Source of the DNA: a virus
Lineage: Duplodnaviria; Caudoviricetes
DNA length: 64,000 nt
Strand: one strand, 5' to 3'
Virus record (IMG/VR): IMGVR_UViG_3300035522_000179
Span: 64,001 to 128,000 of that record
Every line of letters begins with the position of its first letter. Within the stretch, counting starts at the first letter, position 1. Shown here one piece after another: positions 40,364 through 51,080 of this stretch. The notes beneath the pieces were generated by a model. That model had not been told where the DNA came from, did not search any database, and worked only from the letters and a program-made list of their open reading frames with translations. Made by a program: the position numbers and the translations under genes.

Positions 40364-41722
40364 ATGAAAAAGATGTTCGTTGACGAAATCTTTTCCCTAA
40401 TGAGGAAAGGCAGAGAATTGACGAAAGACTTTGATGAAATCAGCAAAGCAAATACAAAAAGTCTTTCGAAGAGAGCAAGCGACTCTACGTGCCAATTTCC
40501 TTGTATTATTGCGGACTCTATTCCTTTGGCAATGGCAGCTGCAGTTACAAAGAATATGGACAGGGTCTATGCGTCCTTTGTACAAACGGTAATTGCGTCT
40601 GACCCGTTAATTGATATTACGATTGATCGGGGTCCGCTCGATTATATGAAACGCCTGCATCAGAATCTGAAGTTAGAGTCAGTGATTGATGAAGAGGCTC
40701 TTTATGAATCCAAAAGAAAACAAGAGGAAATAAAATCCTTTATGGAATCGGAGTGTTCCAATCTCATGGTTCCAGATGATTTGTATGGTTCCGTTATGGA
40801 GAAAGCATACAATGGAGAATATAAGTTGTATTTGGATAAGACAGGTTCTTATGGTGTTGCTATTAAAGAATCGGTTCTTTCTTCCGATGCAATGAAATCT
40901 CATCTAAAACAGTTGGAGTCTCATTTGAATTCCTTTGATACCAGACCCTTTGCAGTAACCGAAGCAGATACTACAAAGTCAGATCTGATTCGAGGGATGT
41001 TGGATCAACCAAACTTAAGTAAGATGGATATTGATATCAAAGCAAGCAAAGAGTTGTCTACTCCAAAGCTGTTAGATAGAGATATCAAAAGATACAATGA
41101 GTTACAGCCTTATGGAATTTCTGTAAGACTGATGGCTGTCAATGATAAAAAAGAATTCGTACAGTACATGGACTTCGTTGTTGGAATCAAAGCCATCATG
41201 CATCCTGTAAAGAGTGCAGAGTTGGTAAACAGCGTTGGTGATGTACTAAAGAATCGAAATGCCGTATTTAACTTCATTCGCTGGACCACTGGTGAGATCT
41301 CTTTGGTAAAAGATTTGATTCTTCATATTGATGAGTTGAAAACCGATGCCAGTTACAAAGCGAATGGAAAGAATCCTTTTATTCCCAGTTTGAAGAGATT
41401 AAAAGAAAAGAAAGTGAAATTCTCTAGTTCTGGAATTACAAAGTTGGTTCCCAATGCAACTTTGGTTCTTTCTTCTTTTGAAGTAGAAGACCTGAAGAAT
41501 CAGTTTGGTGTGGATGTAAGAGATACTTATTTTGCAAAGAAAGTAATTAAGGATTTATTCTTACTTGCTTTTGTCGTTGTAGATGAGGGATCCGAAACCA
41601 TCGACATCTTGTATGAGTCTTCCGATGCATTTGAAACTTATACTTTGGAGACTCTAGAGAGAGAAGTTTCTTTGTCTTCGAATAAACTTGGAAAAGAAAT
41701 TGGAAGAATGATTTCCCAGTAA
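40364..41722 (+). CDS. Probable virion head protein
   Basis: 452 aa, first gene of a late operon; KLES, LYES, FMES and IKES motifs. Confidence 0.65.
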   Translation: MKKMFVDEIFSLMRKGRELTKDFDEISKANTKSLSKRASDSTCQFPCIIADSIPLAMAAAVTKNMDRVYASFVQTVIASDPLIDITIDRGPLDYMKRLHQNLKLESVIDEEALYESKRKQEEIKSFMESECSNLMVPDDLYGSVMEKAYNGEYKLYLDKTGSYGVAIKESVLSSDAMKSHLKQLESHLNSFDTRPFAVTEADTTKSDLIRGMLDQPNLSKMDIDIKASKELSTPKLLDRDIKRYNELQPYGISVRLMAVNDKKEFVQYMDFVVGIKAIMHPVKSAELVNSVGDVLKNRNAVFNFIRWTTGEISLVKDLILHIDELKTDASYKANGKNPFIPSLKRLKEKKVKFSSSGITKLVPNATLVLSSFEVEDLKNQFGVDVRDTYFAKKVIKDLFLLAFVVVDEGSETIDILYESSDAFETYTLETLEREVSLSSNKLGKEIGRMISQ

Positions 41723-41743
41723 ACACAGAAAGGATTTAGAAAA

Positions 41744-42748
41744 ATGATTGGATATGATTTTTTCAAAGAAGCATCCAACATCTTAGCAGAATCCGATGAC
41801 TCTGTGAGATTACAGGATGTAAGAGCGGTTCTGGAAGATACCCAATCTCCCGTAACCAATAAGTATATTGAAAATCTGTATGAACAGATTGTGAAAAAAT
41901 CCCATGTAGACTTCGATAATATTCCCCAGTCCAAAGGAAAGATTACCAGCTACCGTGGGTATGCAACTATGATGGAGACTTTAAATACCTTAAAGACTTT
42001 ATCAAGTGAAGAGAGAAATTCCGATGCGGATGGATCCATTGATACTATCCTTACTGCAATTGGTAACATCAAAAATCTGTCTGATCTTTATGAAGAAGGA
42101 TATCGACAGAAAAATGAATATGTGATGTTAGAGTACAACACCTTTGTATTTTGTTGTGTGGAAGCAACCACTGCAGTACTGTCGGAATACGTAGAGTTTA
42201 TCAAAGGGTTTGACTTAGAGGGATTTAAGTTAAAACTAAAGAATAGCAAATATAAAGCAAACGCTTTGTATATCGATAACTTAAAGAAATTCAATAATAT
42301 CGTAGCAAGTTCCAATTATCGTACTTATCTTTCTTCGATGTTAAATACGGAGAGAGATAATTTCATTGGTGCTACCACCGTTGGAATCGCTACGGTTGCA
42401 GCAACGGTTGTAGTTGCAATCGTTCCCGTTACCAGAGAACTGATTTATCAGTTTTATCGACTTAGAAGTAAATTGTCGGACGCTCTTATGTTACAGGCAT
42501 ACTTCTTGGAATTGAATAAAGCTTGTGTAGAAGCAAATAAAGAATTTTCTACGGAGAAGAAATCAAAAATCTTGAAAAAACAAGAGTATACAAGAGCATT
42601 GTTTATCCGTCTCGCAGATAAGATCAAAGTAGCGAATGCTCATGCGGAGAGAGATTCTGCATCGGATCGAAAGAAAGACAATGCAACCCTTACCCTTGGA
42701 GATACAAGACATGATGTGGATTCCTCCTCGTATGATGTTCTTTTATAA
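41744..42748 (+). CDS. Probable virion protein with a hydrophobic helix
   Basis: IGATTVGIATVAATVVVAIVPV segment. Confidence 0.65.
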   Translation: MIGYDFFKEASNILAESDDSVRLQDVRAVLEDTQSPVTNKYIENLYEQIVKKSHVDFDNIPQSKGKITSYRGYATMMETLNTLKTLSSEERNSDADGSIDTILTAIGNIKNLSDLYEEGYRQKNEYVMLEYNTFVFCCVEATTAVLSEYVEFIKGFDLEGFKLKLKNSKYKANALYIDNLKKFNNIVASSNYRTYLSSMLNTERDNFIGATTVGIATVAATVVVAIVPVTRELIYQFYRLRSKLSDALMLQAYFLELNKACVEANKEFSTEKKSKILKKQEYTRALFIRLADKIKVANAHAERDSASDRKKDNATLTLGDTRHDVDSSSYDVLL

Positions 42749-42760
42749 GGAGGTGCCAAG

Positions 42761-43459
42761 ATGATAGAAGCCGTAAATTTGGCAATTGTAAGTGATTTAT
42801 ATACACGGTTTGAAGATATCAAAAACGGTGCATTAGCGTTTGGAACTGCAAATCAGGATCCGGAAAGTGAGTTTAATTACGAAACCGATTTGCATGACTT
42901 TTTGGAATATGTAAAAGACAGTATCAAAAATTTCTTTTATTTGGATCAGGGTGGAAAGAGCATCAAAGATATGGCAGACTTCATTGGAACAAATCCAAAC
43001 AAAGAAGTATCTGTAGTAAACTTTGAATATGCCCTTACCCAGTATTCGGAATATTTAAAAGGAATGAATACTTACATTGGAAAAGCAAAAGAAAATGGAA
43101 CGCTTTCTGAGGAAGCAAAAGCACAACTCGATGAGGTAATCGGTAAGGATGAAAAATTCATAAGATCTTTGTTTGACATTGATGTTTGTAGTGAAAATTC
43201 ACCGGAAAAAATTACTGCAAGAGAGGCATTTGGACTTCCTGCGTTATTGCTTGAGATTAAAAATACTTACATCCCTTCTTGGGAAGAAGTAAATCTTACA
43301 CAGACAGATATTGATAAGCTGATCTTTTTATCTATCATTAGAGTTGCTTATTATTCCACCACTGGAATTATGAAATCCATCGATAGTGTAACAAGTCAGC
43401 TTAACCAAAACGAGACTTCTCCTGAAGTGGAAGAAGATAGAAGCTACGGAGTATTTTAA
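42761..43459 (+). CDS. Hypothetical late protein
   Basis: GGAGGTG RBS. Confidence 0.7.
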   Translation: MIEAVNLAIVSDLYTRFEDIKNGALAFGTANQDPESEFNYETDLHDFLEYVKDSIKNFFYLDQGGKSIKDMADFIGTNPNKEVSVVNFEYALTQYSEYLKGMNTYIGKAKENGTLSEEAKAQLDEVIGKDEKFIRSLFDIDVCSENSPEKITAREAFGLPALLLEIKNTYIPSWEEVNLTQTDIDKLIFLSIIRVAYYSTTGIMKSIDSVTSQLNQNETSPEVEEDRSYGVF

Positions 43460-43477
43460 AAAGGAGGTAGCAGATTC

Positions 43478-44473
43478 ATGGATTCCACACTTTTTATCGA
43501 AAGTATCGATTTTGAATATAGACAGATCAAAATGGAATCTGATGCAGAATGGAAATATTTAATGGATCGATTTGAAGCAATTCAAAATGAAGATCCTTAT
43601 ATGTTTGAAGCAAAGAATGATGAAAAGAAATCCGGCGGATTAGTTGGAGTCATCGGAAGTATGATTCAAGGAATTATTAAATTTCTTGGAAGCATCGGGA
43701 CGAAGATTAAAAATCTTCTTCTTGGTGAGAAAACAGACGAAAAAGGAAAAGAGAATGAACAGGTAAAATTGGATAAAGATCCAAATATGCTCATTAAGTT
43801 TATCAACGGTGATATCAAATCATCGAAAGATATGCTTGCAAAGTGTCAGCGTGGTGAGGTTCCTCTGGATGAAGTCAAAGGATTTATCACAAAGCAGAAC
43901 ATGAATTTTGATGCATTGAAAGGAACTGTTTTAACTCTTGGTGGACTTTTCGTTTCCATGGGGATCATGGATAAATCCATTGCAAAATGGAAAGCAGAAG
44001 CAGAAGAACTTTATAATTCAACAAAAGCAGATGGATCCAACCAGATTGCTCACAAAGCTTCTATGCATATGACCGCAGAAGGACAGCAAGCCGCAATTGA
44101 TGAAGGAACCAAGCTTTTAGTAAATCATATTCGCGATACCACTGCAAAGGGACCTAAAAAAGCAATTGAGATGGCGAAAATTCTTTATCAAAGAAACTAT
44201 TTACGTCAGCGAAGCGAAGAAGACCTTCAAGCTTATCGCGATCCGAAAATGGCGAGAACGTTAAAGAAGAGAGAAAAAGAGCAACTCAAAAACCAGAAGA
44301 AGATGAAGAGACAAGAAGAGAAATTTGTTGGTAAAGATGGTAAGGGCGGAACTCGTGAGAAAACAAAGAACAAACAAAACGAGAGAATGCAGAAAATCGA
44401 TAAAGCAACGAACGAACTTCGAGAAACTCAGAACAAGGGTTACGTTGACTCGAATCAATATGTAAATAAATAA
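43478..44473 (+). CDS. Putative internal head protein, paralog family
   Basis: FIES, KMES and MFEA motifs followed by an amphipathic helix. Confidence 0.6.
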   Translation: MDSTLFIESIDFEYRQIKMESDAEWKYLMDRFEAIQNEDPYMFEAKNDEKKSGGLVGVIGSMIQGIIKFLGSIGTKIKNLLLGEKTDEKGKENEQVKLDKDPNMLIKFINGDIKSSKDMLAKCQRGEVPLDEVKGFITKQNMNFDALKGTVLTLGGLFVSMGIMDKSIAKWKAEAEELYNSTKADGSNQIAHKASMHMTAEGQQAAIDEGTKLLVNHIRDTTAKGPKKAIEMAKILYQRNYLRQRSEEDLQAYRDPKMARTLKKREKEQLKNQKKMKRQEEKFVGKDGKGGTREKTKNKQNERMQKIDKATNELRETQNKGYVDSNQYVNK

Positions 44474-44491
44474 TAAGTGAGGTAAAAAAGA

Positions 44492-46153
44492 ATGGTAAAC
44501 GTATTTGCAATGAGCGACGTTGGTCGCGAAATAGCAATTGCTGAAAAGCAATACGATATCGCTGCAAAAGAAATTGCTTTTTTGGAAGCTATGTCCGATT
44601 CCAAATTGCAGATCAATATTGCAAAAAGCGAATTGAAAGTTATGATGGAATCTACAGAAGACCGTATGGTTTCTGATTTTGTCTATCTTGTAAAAGAAGC
44701 ATCTAATGATAATAAGCAGGGTGATGAAAGTCTGATTCAGAGAATCGGAAGAACAATTCATGAGCTCTTTACAAAAGTATGGAATGCAATCCAGAAGATT
44801 TTTACTGGAAAAAATACAGAAGCTTATAACAAGCTGAAACAGAGTAAAGACCAGATAGAGTTAGGATTCAATCTACAAACTCTGGAAAAAGCAATAAATG
44901 AAATATCTGAAGGTGTCAAGCAACCTGCTTCTTGGCTTGCTGCAAATGGAACAAAACTTATTGGTCTTGTAACTGGAACTGGAATTGTAGCAGTTGCTAT
45001 TGACGTTTTACACAAACCTGAAAGAGCAAAAGAGAGAATAACATATGCGAAAAGTTATGTTCTCGAGACATTCGAAAAAATAAAAGAAAAAATTCCGTTT
45101 ATCAACAAAAAATCGGAAGAGATGGAGAAAAACCCTCCTGCAACAGATGAAAACTCCAAGGAAGGTGCAAGCATTTTCCAGAAAATTACTGCTCCAATTG
45201 CTAGTGTTGTGGGATCACTCGGAAATCTGATCGACTCTTGGGTCAAGAAACTTACCGGAAAAGGATCTGATGAAGAAGGTGCTAAGCCGGATGAAAATCA
45301 GGGAAACGGTGATGGAAATGGTCCCACTACTGGAAATAATGGACAGAATGGTAATAATGGTAATACCGGTAACAATGGACAGAATGGTAATAATGGTAAT
45401 ACCGGCAACAACGGGCAGAACGGGCAGAACGGGCAGAACGGAAAAAACGGCAATAACGGCAATAACGGGAAAAATGTTCAGAATAATGGAAAGAATGGAG
45501 AAAATCCTGGAAATGAAAAAGAGTTTGCTCAAATTCGAAAGAACGGGTTGGAACCCAAAGTATTTAACGGAATAACTTATGCAGTTGATAAGACTACTGG
45601 TAAAGTTACCTTTAAAGACAAAGATGGTCAGTGGAAAGATTCAAGACCTGATAAGACTCCTGATCCAATCAAGGGATTCCAAAAAGGAGTTATGGGCGAT
45701 GTGGCAAAGCAGAGAGATGCAGAAAATGAAGCTAAGAACGCCGGTAAACCCGAGGACACGCTTTGGACGAATAGTAAAGGACAAAGCGTAATGTACAGTG
45801 CAAAGAAAGGAAAGCTTGTTGTAAGGACCAAAAACAAGAAAGGTGAAGTAACACAACAAGAAGAACGTCCTGTAAGTGAGATTGGTAGTTTCTTTAAGGC
45901 ACGTAAAGATAAAGAAAAATGGAAACAGATTCAGGATTGGGCAAAGACCAATAATGTTAATCTAAACGAGAGTGTTGAATTGAATGAGTATGGATATCCA
46001 GATGCAAATTCATTAGCATCTTTCCTGGAATCATGTGGTATCGAATCTAAGGTAATTGGTAATATAGCTTTCTTTAGAGAGTCTGACGAGTTTGATGTTA
46101 TGGCAGAGCTTCAGGCATTAAGAGAGGCTGGATTTGATGTGATACTTGTTTAA
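44492..46153 (+). CDS. Putative internal head protein with a GNN/GQN repeat linker
   Basis: FLEA, MMES, VKEA; SLIQRIGRTIHELFTKVW helix; LNES, FLES, FRES at the C-terminus. Confidence 0.6.
   Translation: MVNVFAMSDVGREIAIAEKQYDIAAKEIAFLEAMSDSKLQINIAKSELKVMMESTEDRMVSDFVYLVKEASNDNKQGDESLIQRIGRTIHELFTKVWNAIQKIFTGKNTEAYNKLKQSKDQIELGFNLQTLEKAINEISEGVKQPASWLAANGTKLIGLVTGTGIVAVAIDVLHKPERAKERITYAKSYVLETFEKIKEKIPFINKKSEEMEKNPPATDENSKEGASIFQKITAPIASVVGSLGNLIDSWVKKLTGKGSDEEGAKPDENQGNGDGNGPTTGNNGQNGNNGNTGNNGQNGNNGNTGNNGQNGQNGQNGKNGNNGNNGKNVQNNGKNGENPGNEKEFAQIRKNGLEPKVFNGITYAVDKTTGKVTFKDKDGQWKDSRPDKTPDPIKGFQKGVMGDVAKQRDAENEAKNAGKPEDTLWTNSKGQSVMYSAKKGKLVVRTKNKKGEVTQQEERPVSEIGSFFKARKDKEKWKQIQDWAKTNNVNLNESVELNEYGYPDANSLASFLESCGIESKVIGNIAFFRESDEFDVMAELQALREAGFDVILV
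45300..45512 (+). repeat. 9-bp-period G-N/Q-N coding repeat
   Basis: aatggacagaatggtaataatggtaataccgg twice; aacgggcag three times. Confidence 0.85.
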
Positions 46154-46252
46154 TTAAATCCTTTTAAGATAGAACTTGAGGAGGGAATCCTAAATGGATC
46201 TAACTCTTCAAGTTCTTCTTAATTTGAATTTTGAATAAAGGAGAAATTTCAT

Positions 46253-47227
46253 ATGGAAACGAATGTATTTCAGGCAGATATGGATTTCTTTTTGGAAAAT
46301 AGAAATCAGATAGATATTATCAAAGAATGCACGAAGGAAGTAAATCGAATCGATGTAATCTATTGTTTCGAAGCCGGAGGGAAGAAAGAAGAAAAAGAAG
46401 GATTTATTATGAGAGCGATTAACACTATTAAATCCATTATTGAAACCGCATTTCAAATGATTAAGAAAGCCCTCGGAACAATCGATAACAAAATTCGATA
46501 TGGACTCCTTAGTAAAAAGAAAAAAGAAGAGTTTAATAAATTTCAAGAATATGTGAAAAACAATCCGAATGTAAAAAACAAACAGATCAAAGTAAAAGAC
46601 TGGAATCGGATTAATCGAGAATATGATAATGTGGAAAAGAAATTGGTTGCAATGATGAACGATGATTCCGTAGATGCCAACGGGTATAATGCAAAGTCGT
46701 TGGATTTGTTTAATAACCTTGCAGCATTAACAAACACTGCAACTGCATCTATCTCAGTAGATATGGCGATGGTACTTGCAAGAAAATCACCAGAGATGGC
46801 AAAAAAAGTAGAGTTGAGTTTACAGCATTCCCAAGCGGCTCTTCAGAACATTCAAAACACTTTGGGTGAGAAAGAAGTTATGAAATTACAAAATAAAGTT
46901 CATAAGTTGACCAAAGAAACAATGGCTCAAAAAATCATGGCAAAGTTTTATGTTCGGAAAGAGGAATCCATTAGTGATTGCTTGCATGAGATGTATGACA
47001 GCTTCGGCAAGTTGATGGGTACTGGAACGAAAACTGAACAAATAAAAGCTGGTATTGAACATCGGGATTTGATTCGTAATGGTGCAAAGAAGTGGGTTAC
47101 CAATAAAGATGTACGAAAAGGAATAAATCAAGCTTGGACACTGAAGAATAAAATTGGTGAGGAACTTAACACTCCTGGTACCCTCGCAAATACTGCAAAA
47201 GAATTCATTAACCCTAGTACACATTAA
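46253..47227 (+). CDS. Putative internal head protein, paralog family
   Basis: CFEA followed by GFIMRAINTIKSIIETAFQMIKKAL. Confidence 0.6.
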   Translation: METNVFQADMDFFLENRNQIDIIKECTKEVNRIDVIYCFEAGGKKEEKEGFIMRAINTIKSIIETAFQMIKKALGTIDNKIRYGLLSKKKKEEFNKFQEYVKNNPNVKNKQIKVKDWNRINREYDNVEKKLVAMMNDDSVDANGYNAKSLDLFNNLAALTNTATASISVDMAMVLARKSPEMAKKVELSLQHSQAALQNIQNTLGEKEVMKLQNKVHKLTKETMAQKIMAKFYVRKEESISDCLHEMYDSFGKLMGTGTKTEQIKAGIEHRDLIRNGAKKWVTNKDVRKGINQAWTLKNKIGEELNTPGTLANTAKEFINPSTH

Positions 47228-47277
47228 TTAGACTTAAAAATAAGGGGAAAACAATTTCCTAAAAACGGTATGGAAAG

Positions 47278-48288
47278 GTGGTTAATAGTAGAATGATTTC
47301 AACCAATTATTTGCATGAATATGCCCCATTTGACCAGTTCATGTATGAGTCTTACTATCTTCTACTTGATATGAAGGATGCAGAAAACCAATTGATCGCA
47401 TTAGAGTCTACCATTCAGGAAAAGATTTTCTTTGGAGAGAGAGTAGACGGAGAAACATTGGTGTTAGAATCCGAGAAACAAAATATATTCGCAAGAATTG
47501 GAGAAGCGGTAATTTCTCTGTTCGAATCTTTTGTGGATTTCTTAAAGAAAGTTGGAAATACCATAAAAGAAAGTGTTGGAAACATAAGAAAGAAAACTTC
47601 TTCTGATAAAATAAAAGAAGCAATGAACAAAAACCCCGAGTTAGCAGATCAATTCTTACAAGGGGTGATGAGTGGAAAAGTGAATGCTCATACGGTAAAA
47701 GATCTGGATGAGCTTTTAGATGAAGCAACGAAAATATCAAATGAGCTTGCTACAGGAAAGATTGATAAAAAAGATCATGCTAAGAAGATTGATGAAGCAT
47801 TAGAGAAATTTGGTAACAGAGCAAGAAATATTGCATCAATAGTCGGTCTCGTTGGAGCGGTTGGTGGCGCGGTTCAAGCAATCGATAAATTAGCATCTAG
47901 AAAAAGTGATAAGGAAAAAGAGAAACAGGAGTGGGAGTGGAAACAAAAGAACCAGAAAGCAAAGGAGAAAGAGAAATCTAAGTTTTATGCATCGGCTTCT
48001 GATATAGTGGATGGAGACTATGTTTCTGAGTCGGTTAATCCCATCAACGCTATCAAAAAGGTTGTGGATTACTTCTCTGATTATTTGGGATTTTGTGATA
48101 AGACCGTATCAAAAGTCAATAAGACAAAAGAAGATCTTGTTCGAAAAGTGCAGTCTTCCCAGAACGCAGATGATGCTTCGAATGTAAGTGCGATCACTTC
48201 TGGGTTTAATAAGGTTTTGTCAGCGATTTCCAAAGATGTAAATACCGTAAAGAATGCTTCCAAATCTTTAGAAGCAAAACTTGCATAA
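47278..48288 (+). CDS. Putative internal head protein, paralog family
   Basis: AACA-N6-TAA at 47250-47262; MYES, ALES, VLES then NIFARIGEAVISLFESFV; start may be 47293. Confidence 0.6.
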   Translation: MVNSRMISTNYLHEYAPFDQFMYESYYLLLDMKDAENQLIALESTIQEKIFFGERVDGETLVLESEKQNIFARIGEAVISLFESFVDFLKKVGNTIKESVGNIRKKTSSDKIKEAMNKNPELADQFLQGVMSGKVNAHTVKDLDELLDEATKISNELATGKIDKKDHAKKIDEALEKFGNRARNIASIVGLVGAVGGAVQAIDKLASRKSDKEKEKQEWEWKQKNQKAKEKEKSKFYASASDIVDGDYVSESVNPINAIKKVVDYFSDYLGFCDKTVSKVNKTKEDLVRKVQSSQNADDASNVSAITSGFNKVLSAISKDVNTVKNASKSLEAKLA

Positions 48289-48309
48289 TCATGAAAGGAG
48301 GAAATCACA

Positions 48310-51036
48310 ATGGACGTTTTAGATTATCAATATCGTATTATTACAGAATCTTCTGAGAATGTATTTAATTACGATAAGAATTGTGCAAGACTTCTTCGTG
48401 AAAAAGCAACGATTGACACGGTAGAAGACAAAGGAATTGTTCCTGTAATTCCAATTACAACCGAAGGGTATATGAAAAAGATTGATGACTCGTTTTCTTT
48501 GTTGGATAGTGTAACACTTGACAATGATAAGATTGCAGAGTTTTTCTCATCGATTCATCAATCCTCTATTTTTTCTGAGATTCCTTTGAATACTCCAGTG
48601 AGGGATATCAATGATATTGGAAGAATCAATCCAGAGTATTTGACTCAGTATGTAAAAGACATGGCAAATACCATCAATGATATCGTCAATGGAAAAGTAA
48701 CGATGCGGAATCTGATGAATTATTATTCGAAGTCTCCCGCAGTAAAGATTAAGAAACAAATCGTCATTCGAACTCCTGCAGCGCTATCTGGAACGAATGA
48801 TATCAAAGAGTACTTTAAATCACAACCGCAAGTAACCATCATTCAGATTGATGGTCAATCTCTTGATAACACTTGCATTCCATTTCTTCGTTCTTTCCCT
48901 ATAAAGAAAAAAGAAATGGCACAGGAAGTTGGATTGGTAAAGAATGCAATTACGGAATCTTCTAACTTGCTCAATAGTTACACAGATACCATTGTTGCAT
49001 TGAAGAACAAAGGGAAGTTAACACCCGATGTGGTAAATACCCTTAACTATTATCTCTACAACCAGAATCGCGTGGTAGAAGAGTTAATCACTTATACCAC
49101 ATTTATGTTGGTAACAAAGATTAATGCTTATACCTTCAACATCAATTCTTACAATGAACTTTATACCAAAGTAGTGAATTATGTTCCAGAAGGAGAGAGG
49201 GCATTTCATGAATCCGTATTTGAGTATTCCTTGGCATCTGCAGATATCAATGATATCACAAATGATTTGATTCATGGAAATGGAACGGCGATTATTGACT
49301 GGGCACAAAGAGTTTATGATTCCGTACTGAGCCAGTATAACTTCAATTCTGGTTCTTCTGCAGTTGAGTTTTTGGTGGATAAGTATACGGGATATGCAAA
49401 TCCTTATGGAGGGATTAGCAATTCCATTACAGAAATTTCGGAAGGATTAAAACAGATTCCTATGGTAATGAGAGATCGGTTTTCTTCTCCTGTTGAGATT
49501 ATGAAAAAGATTGGATTAGATAACCAGTTACTCGACAGGTTTAACGCGATCCTCAATACCATCACAGATATTTCCGAGTATCAAGACAATGATCCAAATG
49601 AGAAAACTCTCTTAGCTATTTTAGGAGAGTTGAAAGATGCTCCTGAGGCTTGTGAGAATTTAGCTTCTGTTATCGGAAATTGCTATGGGGCAATTGGAGA
49701 TCTTAAGAGATTCATTGATGCAAATATTTCTGATGAAACTCTGAACCCTGTCTCTATGAAAGAGATGAAGGAACTGTTGGAGAGTACGGAAAGAGATTAT
49801 TGTAATCTCGTAGGAATCATTGCTCAGAATGTGATTCAGCGATACAAAGCGCTTGAAAACTTAGCAACTTCTTTGACTCATGACTTACATGGATCAGAAG
49901 AGATCGACTGTACGGATATTGCTCCTACCATGAAACCTGATTACAACAAGACCGCTATGGAGTCTTGCATGGATATTCAGGATATTGTAAATATGTTCAT
50001 GATTGAGTCTGAGGTACTTAGATTCAAAGAGGATAAATATGCAAAAGAGTATGGAGTTCCTTTGTTTGAAGAGGTTACTAATAACTCTGGTGGTGATACA
50101 AACAATAATGGAGGTACCCAACAGGAAGAAAAGAAAACTCCTGATGTAACGGAAAATCCTTCGGAACAAACTGGAACGGATAAGAAGCAAAATGAAGATG
50201 CTGCTAATCAGGTGAATGCTCAAGATAATAAGAAGTTATCTGAAAGAATCAAAGATCTTTGTAAAGAACTTAGTAAAAAAGTAGAAGATTTCTTTTCAAA
50301 AGTAATTCCTGATTTTACGAAGTATATTTCCACAAAGCTTAGTGATAACAGTAAATTCTTGAATGAGAATAGAGATGCGATTGCCAACAGAAGCTTCACA
50401 GGAATCAACGTGAAAATCTACAATTACTTTGGATTACCTGCTGCTTCTATTCTTTCAGATATTCAGAAGGTTTCCAGTGGAATATCTTCTCTTACCGCGC
50501 AAGATCTCTCTAGTTTCAAAGATGAGAAAGCACTTCAAAAGAAGCTGTTTCCTTTTCTTACTCCGGCATCTGGGATGGAATTTGATGAGTATATGAAGAA
50601 TTACTACAAGGTTGGTCCGAACTCAAAAGCACCTGAAAAGGTTACTCTTTCTGGAGCTCAGTTGAAAACAAGAGTTCAGGAGATGATTACCTTCTGTGAT
50701 GATTGCTATACGAATAACGGTTATACTCAGATTTCTGATGCAATGGAAGCTCTTCGAAATGCAACGAAACAAAAGTTAAAAGCTTTTGAAAAAGAGCAGA
50801 ATATAAGTGATGATGCGAAGAAGAACCTGAGTCTCATATCAAGAGAAATTCAGGTATTCGCATCGGCAGCTTTGATGGGTTATAGAGATCGTGGAACTCA
50901 TTTCATGTTTACTCTTCGTAGACTTGTTCCTAAGAATGCGAATAAGGGAAAGTCAGATAAGGGTAATAATACCGAGACCGGACAAACGACTGATCAGGGA
51001 ACAACCGATCAGAACACAGAAACAGAAACCACTTAA
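48310..51036 (+). CDS. Large putative internal head protein
   Basis: 908 aa; ITES, FHES, AMES, MIES, LFEE; related helix KLSERIKDLCKELSKKV. Confidence 0.6.
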   Translation: MDVLDYQYRIITESSENVFNYDKNCARLLREKATIDTVEDKGIVPVIPITTEGYMKKIDDSFSLLDSVTLDNDKIAEFFSSIHQSSIFSEIPLNTPVRDINDIGRINPEYLTQYVKDMANTINDIVNGKVTMRNLMNYYSKSPAVKIKKQIVIRTPAALSGTNDIKEYFKSQPQVTIIQIDGQSLDNTCIPFLRSFPIKKKEMAQEVGLVKNAITESSNLLNSYTDTIVALKNKGKLTPDVVNTLNYYLYNQNRVVEELITYTTFMLVTKINAYTFNINSYNELYTKVVNYVPEGERAFHESVFEYSLASADINDITNDLIHGNGTAIIDWAQRVYDSVLSQYNFNSGSSAVEFLVDKYTGYANPYGGISNSITEISEGLKQIPMVMRDRFSSPVEIMKKIGLDNQLLDRFNAILNTITDISEYQDNDPNEKTLLAILGELKDAPEACENLASVIGNCYGAIGDLKRFIDANISDETLNPVSMKEMKELLESTERDYCNLVGIIAQNVIQRYKALENLATSLTHDLHGSEEIDCTDIAPTMKPDYNKTAMESCMDIQDIVNMFMIESEVLRFKEDKYAKEYGVPLFEEVTNNSGGDTNNNGGTQQEEKKTPDVTENPSEQTGTDKKQNEDAANQVNAQDNKKLSERIKDLCKELSKKVEDFFSKVIPDFTKYISTKLSDNSKFLNENRDAIANRSFTGINVKIYNYFGLPAASILSDIQKVSSGISSLTAQDLSSFKDEKALQKKLFPFLTPASGMEFDEYMKNYYKVGPNSKAPEKVTLSGAQLKTRVQEMITFCDDCYTNNGYTQISDAMEALRNATKQKLKAFEKEQNISDDAKKNLSLISREIQVFASAALMGYRDRGTHFMFTLRRLVPKNANKGKSDKGNNTETGQTTDQGTTDQNTETETT

Positions 51037-51040
51037 AAAT

Positions 51041-51080
51041 ATAAATCCAAGATACTAAAAATAGTATCTTGGATTTATTT
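51041..51080. terminator. Bidirectional terminator
   Basis: ataaatccaagatacta / tagtatcttggatttat. Confidence 0.8.
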
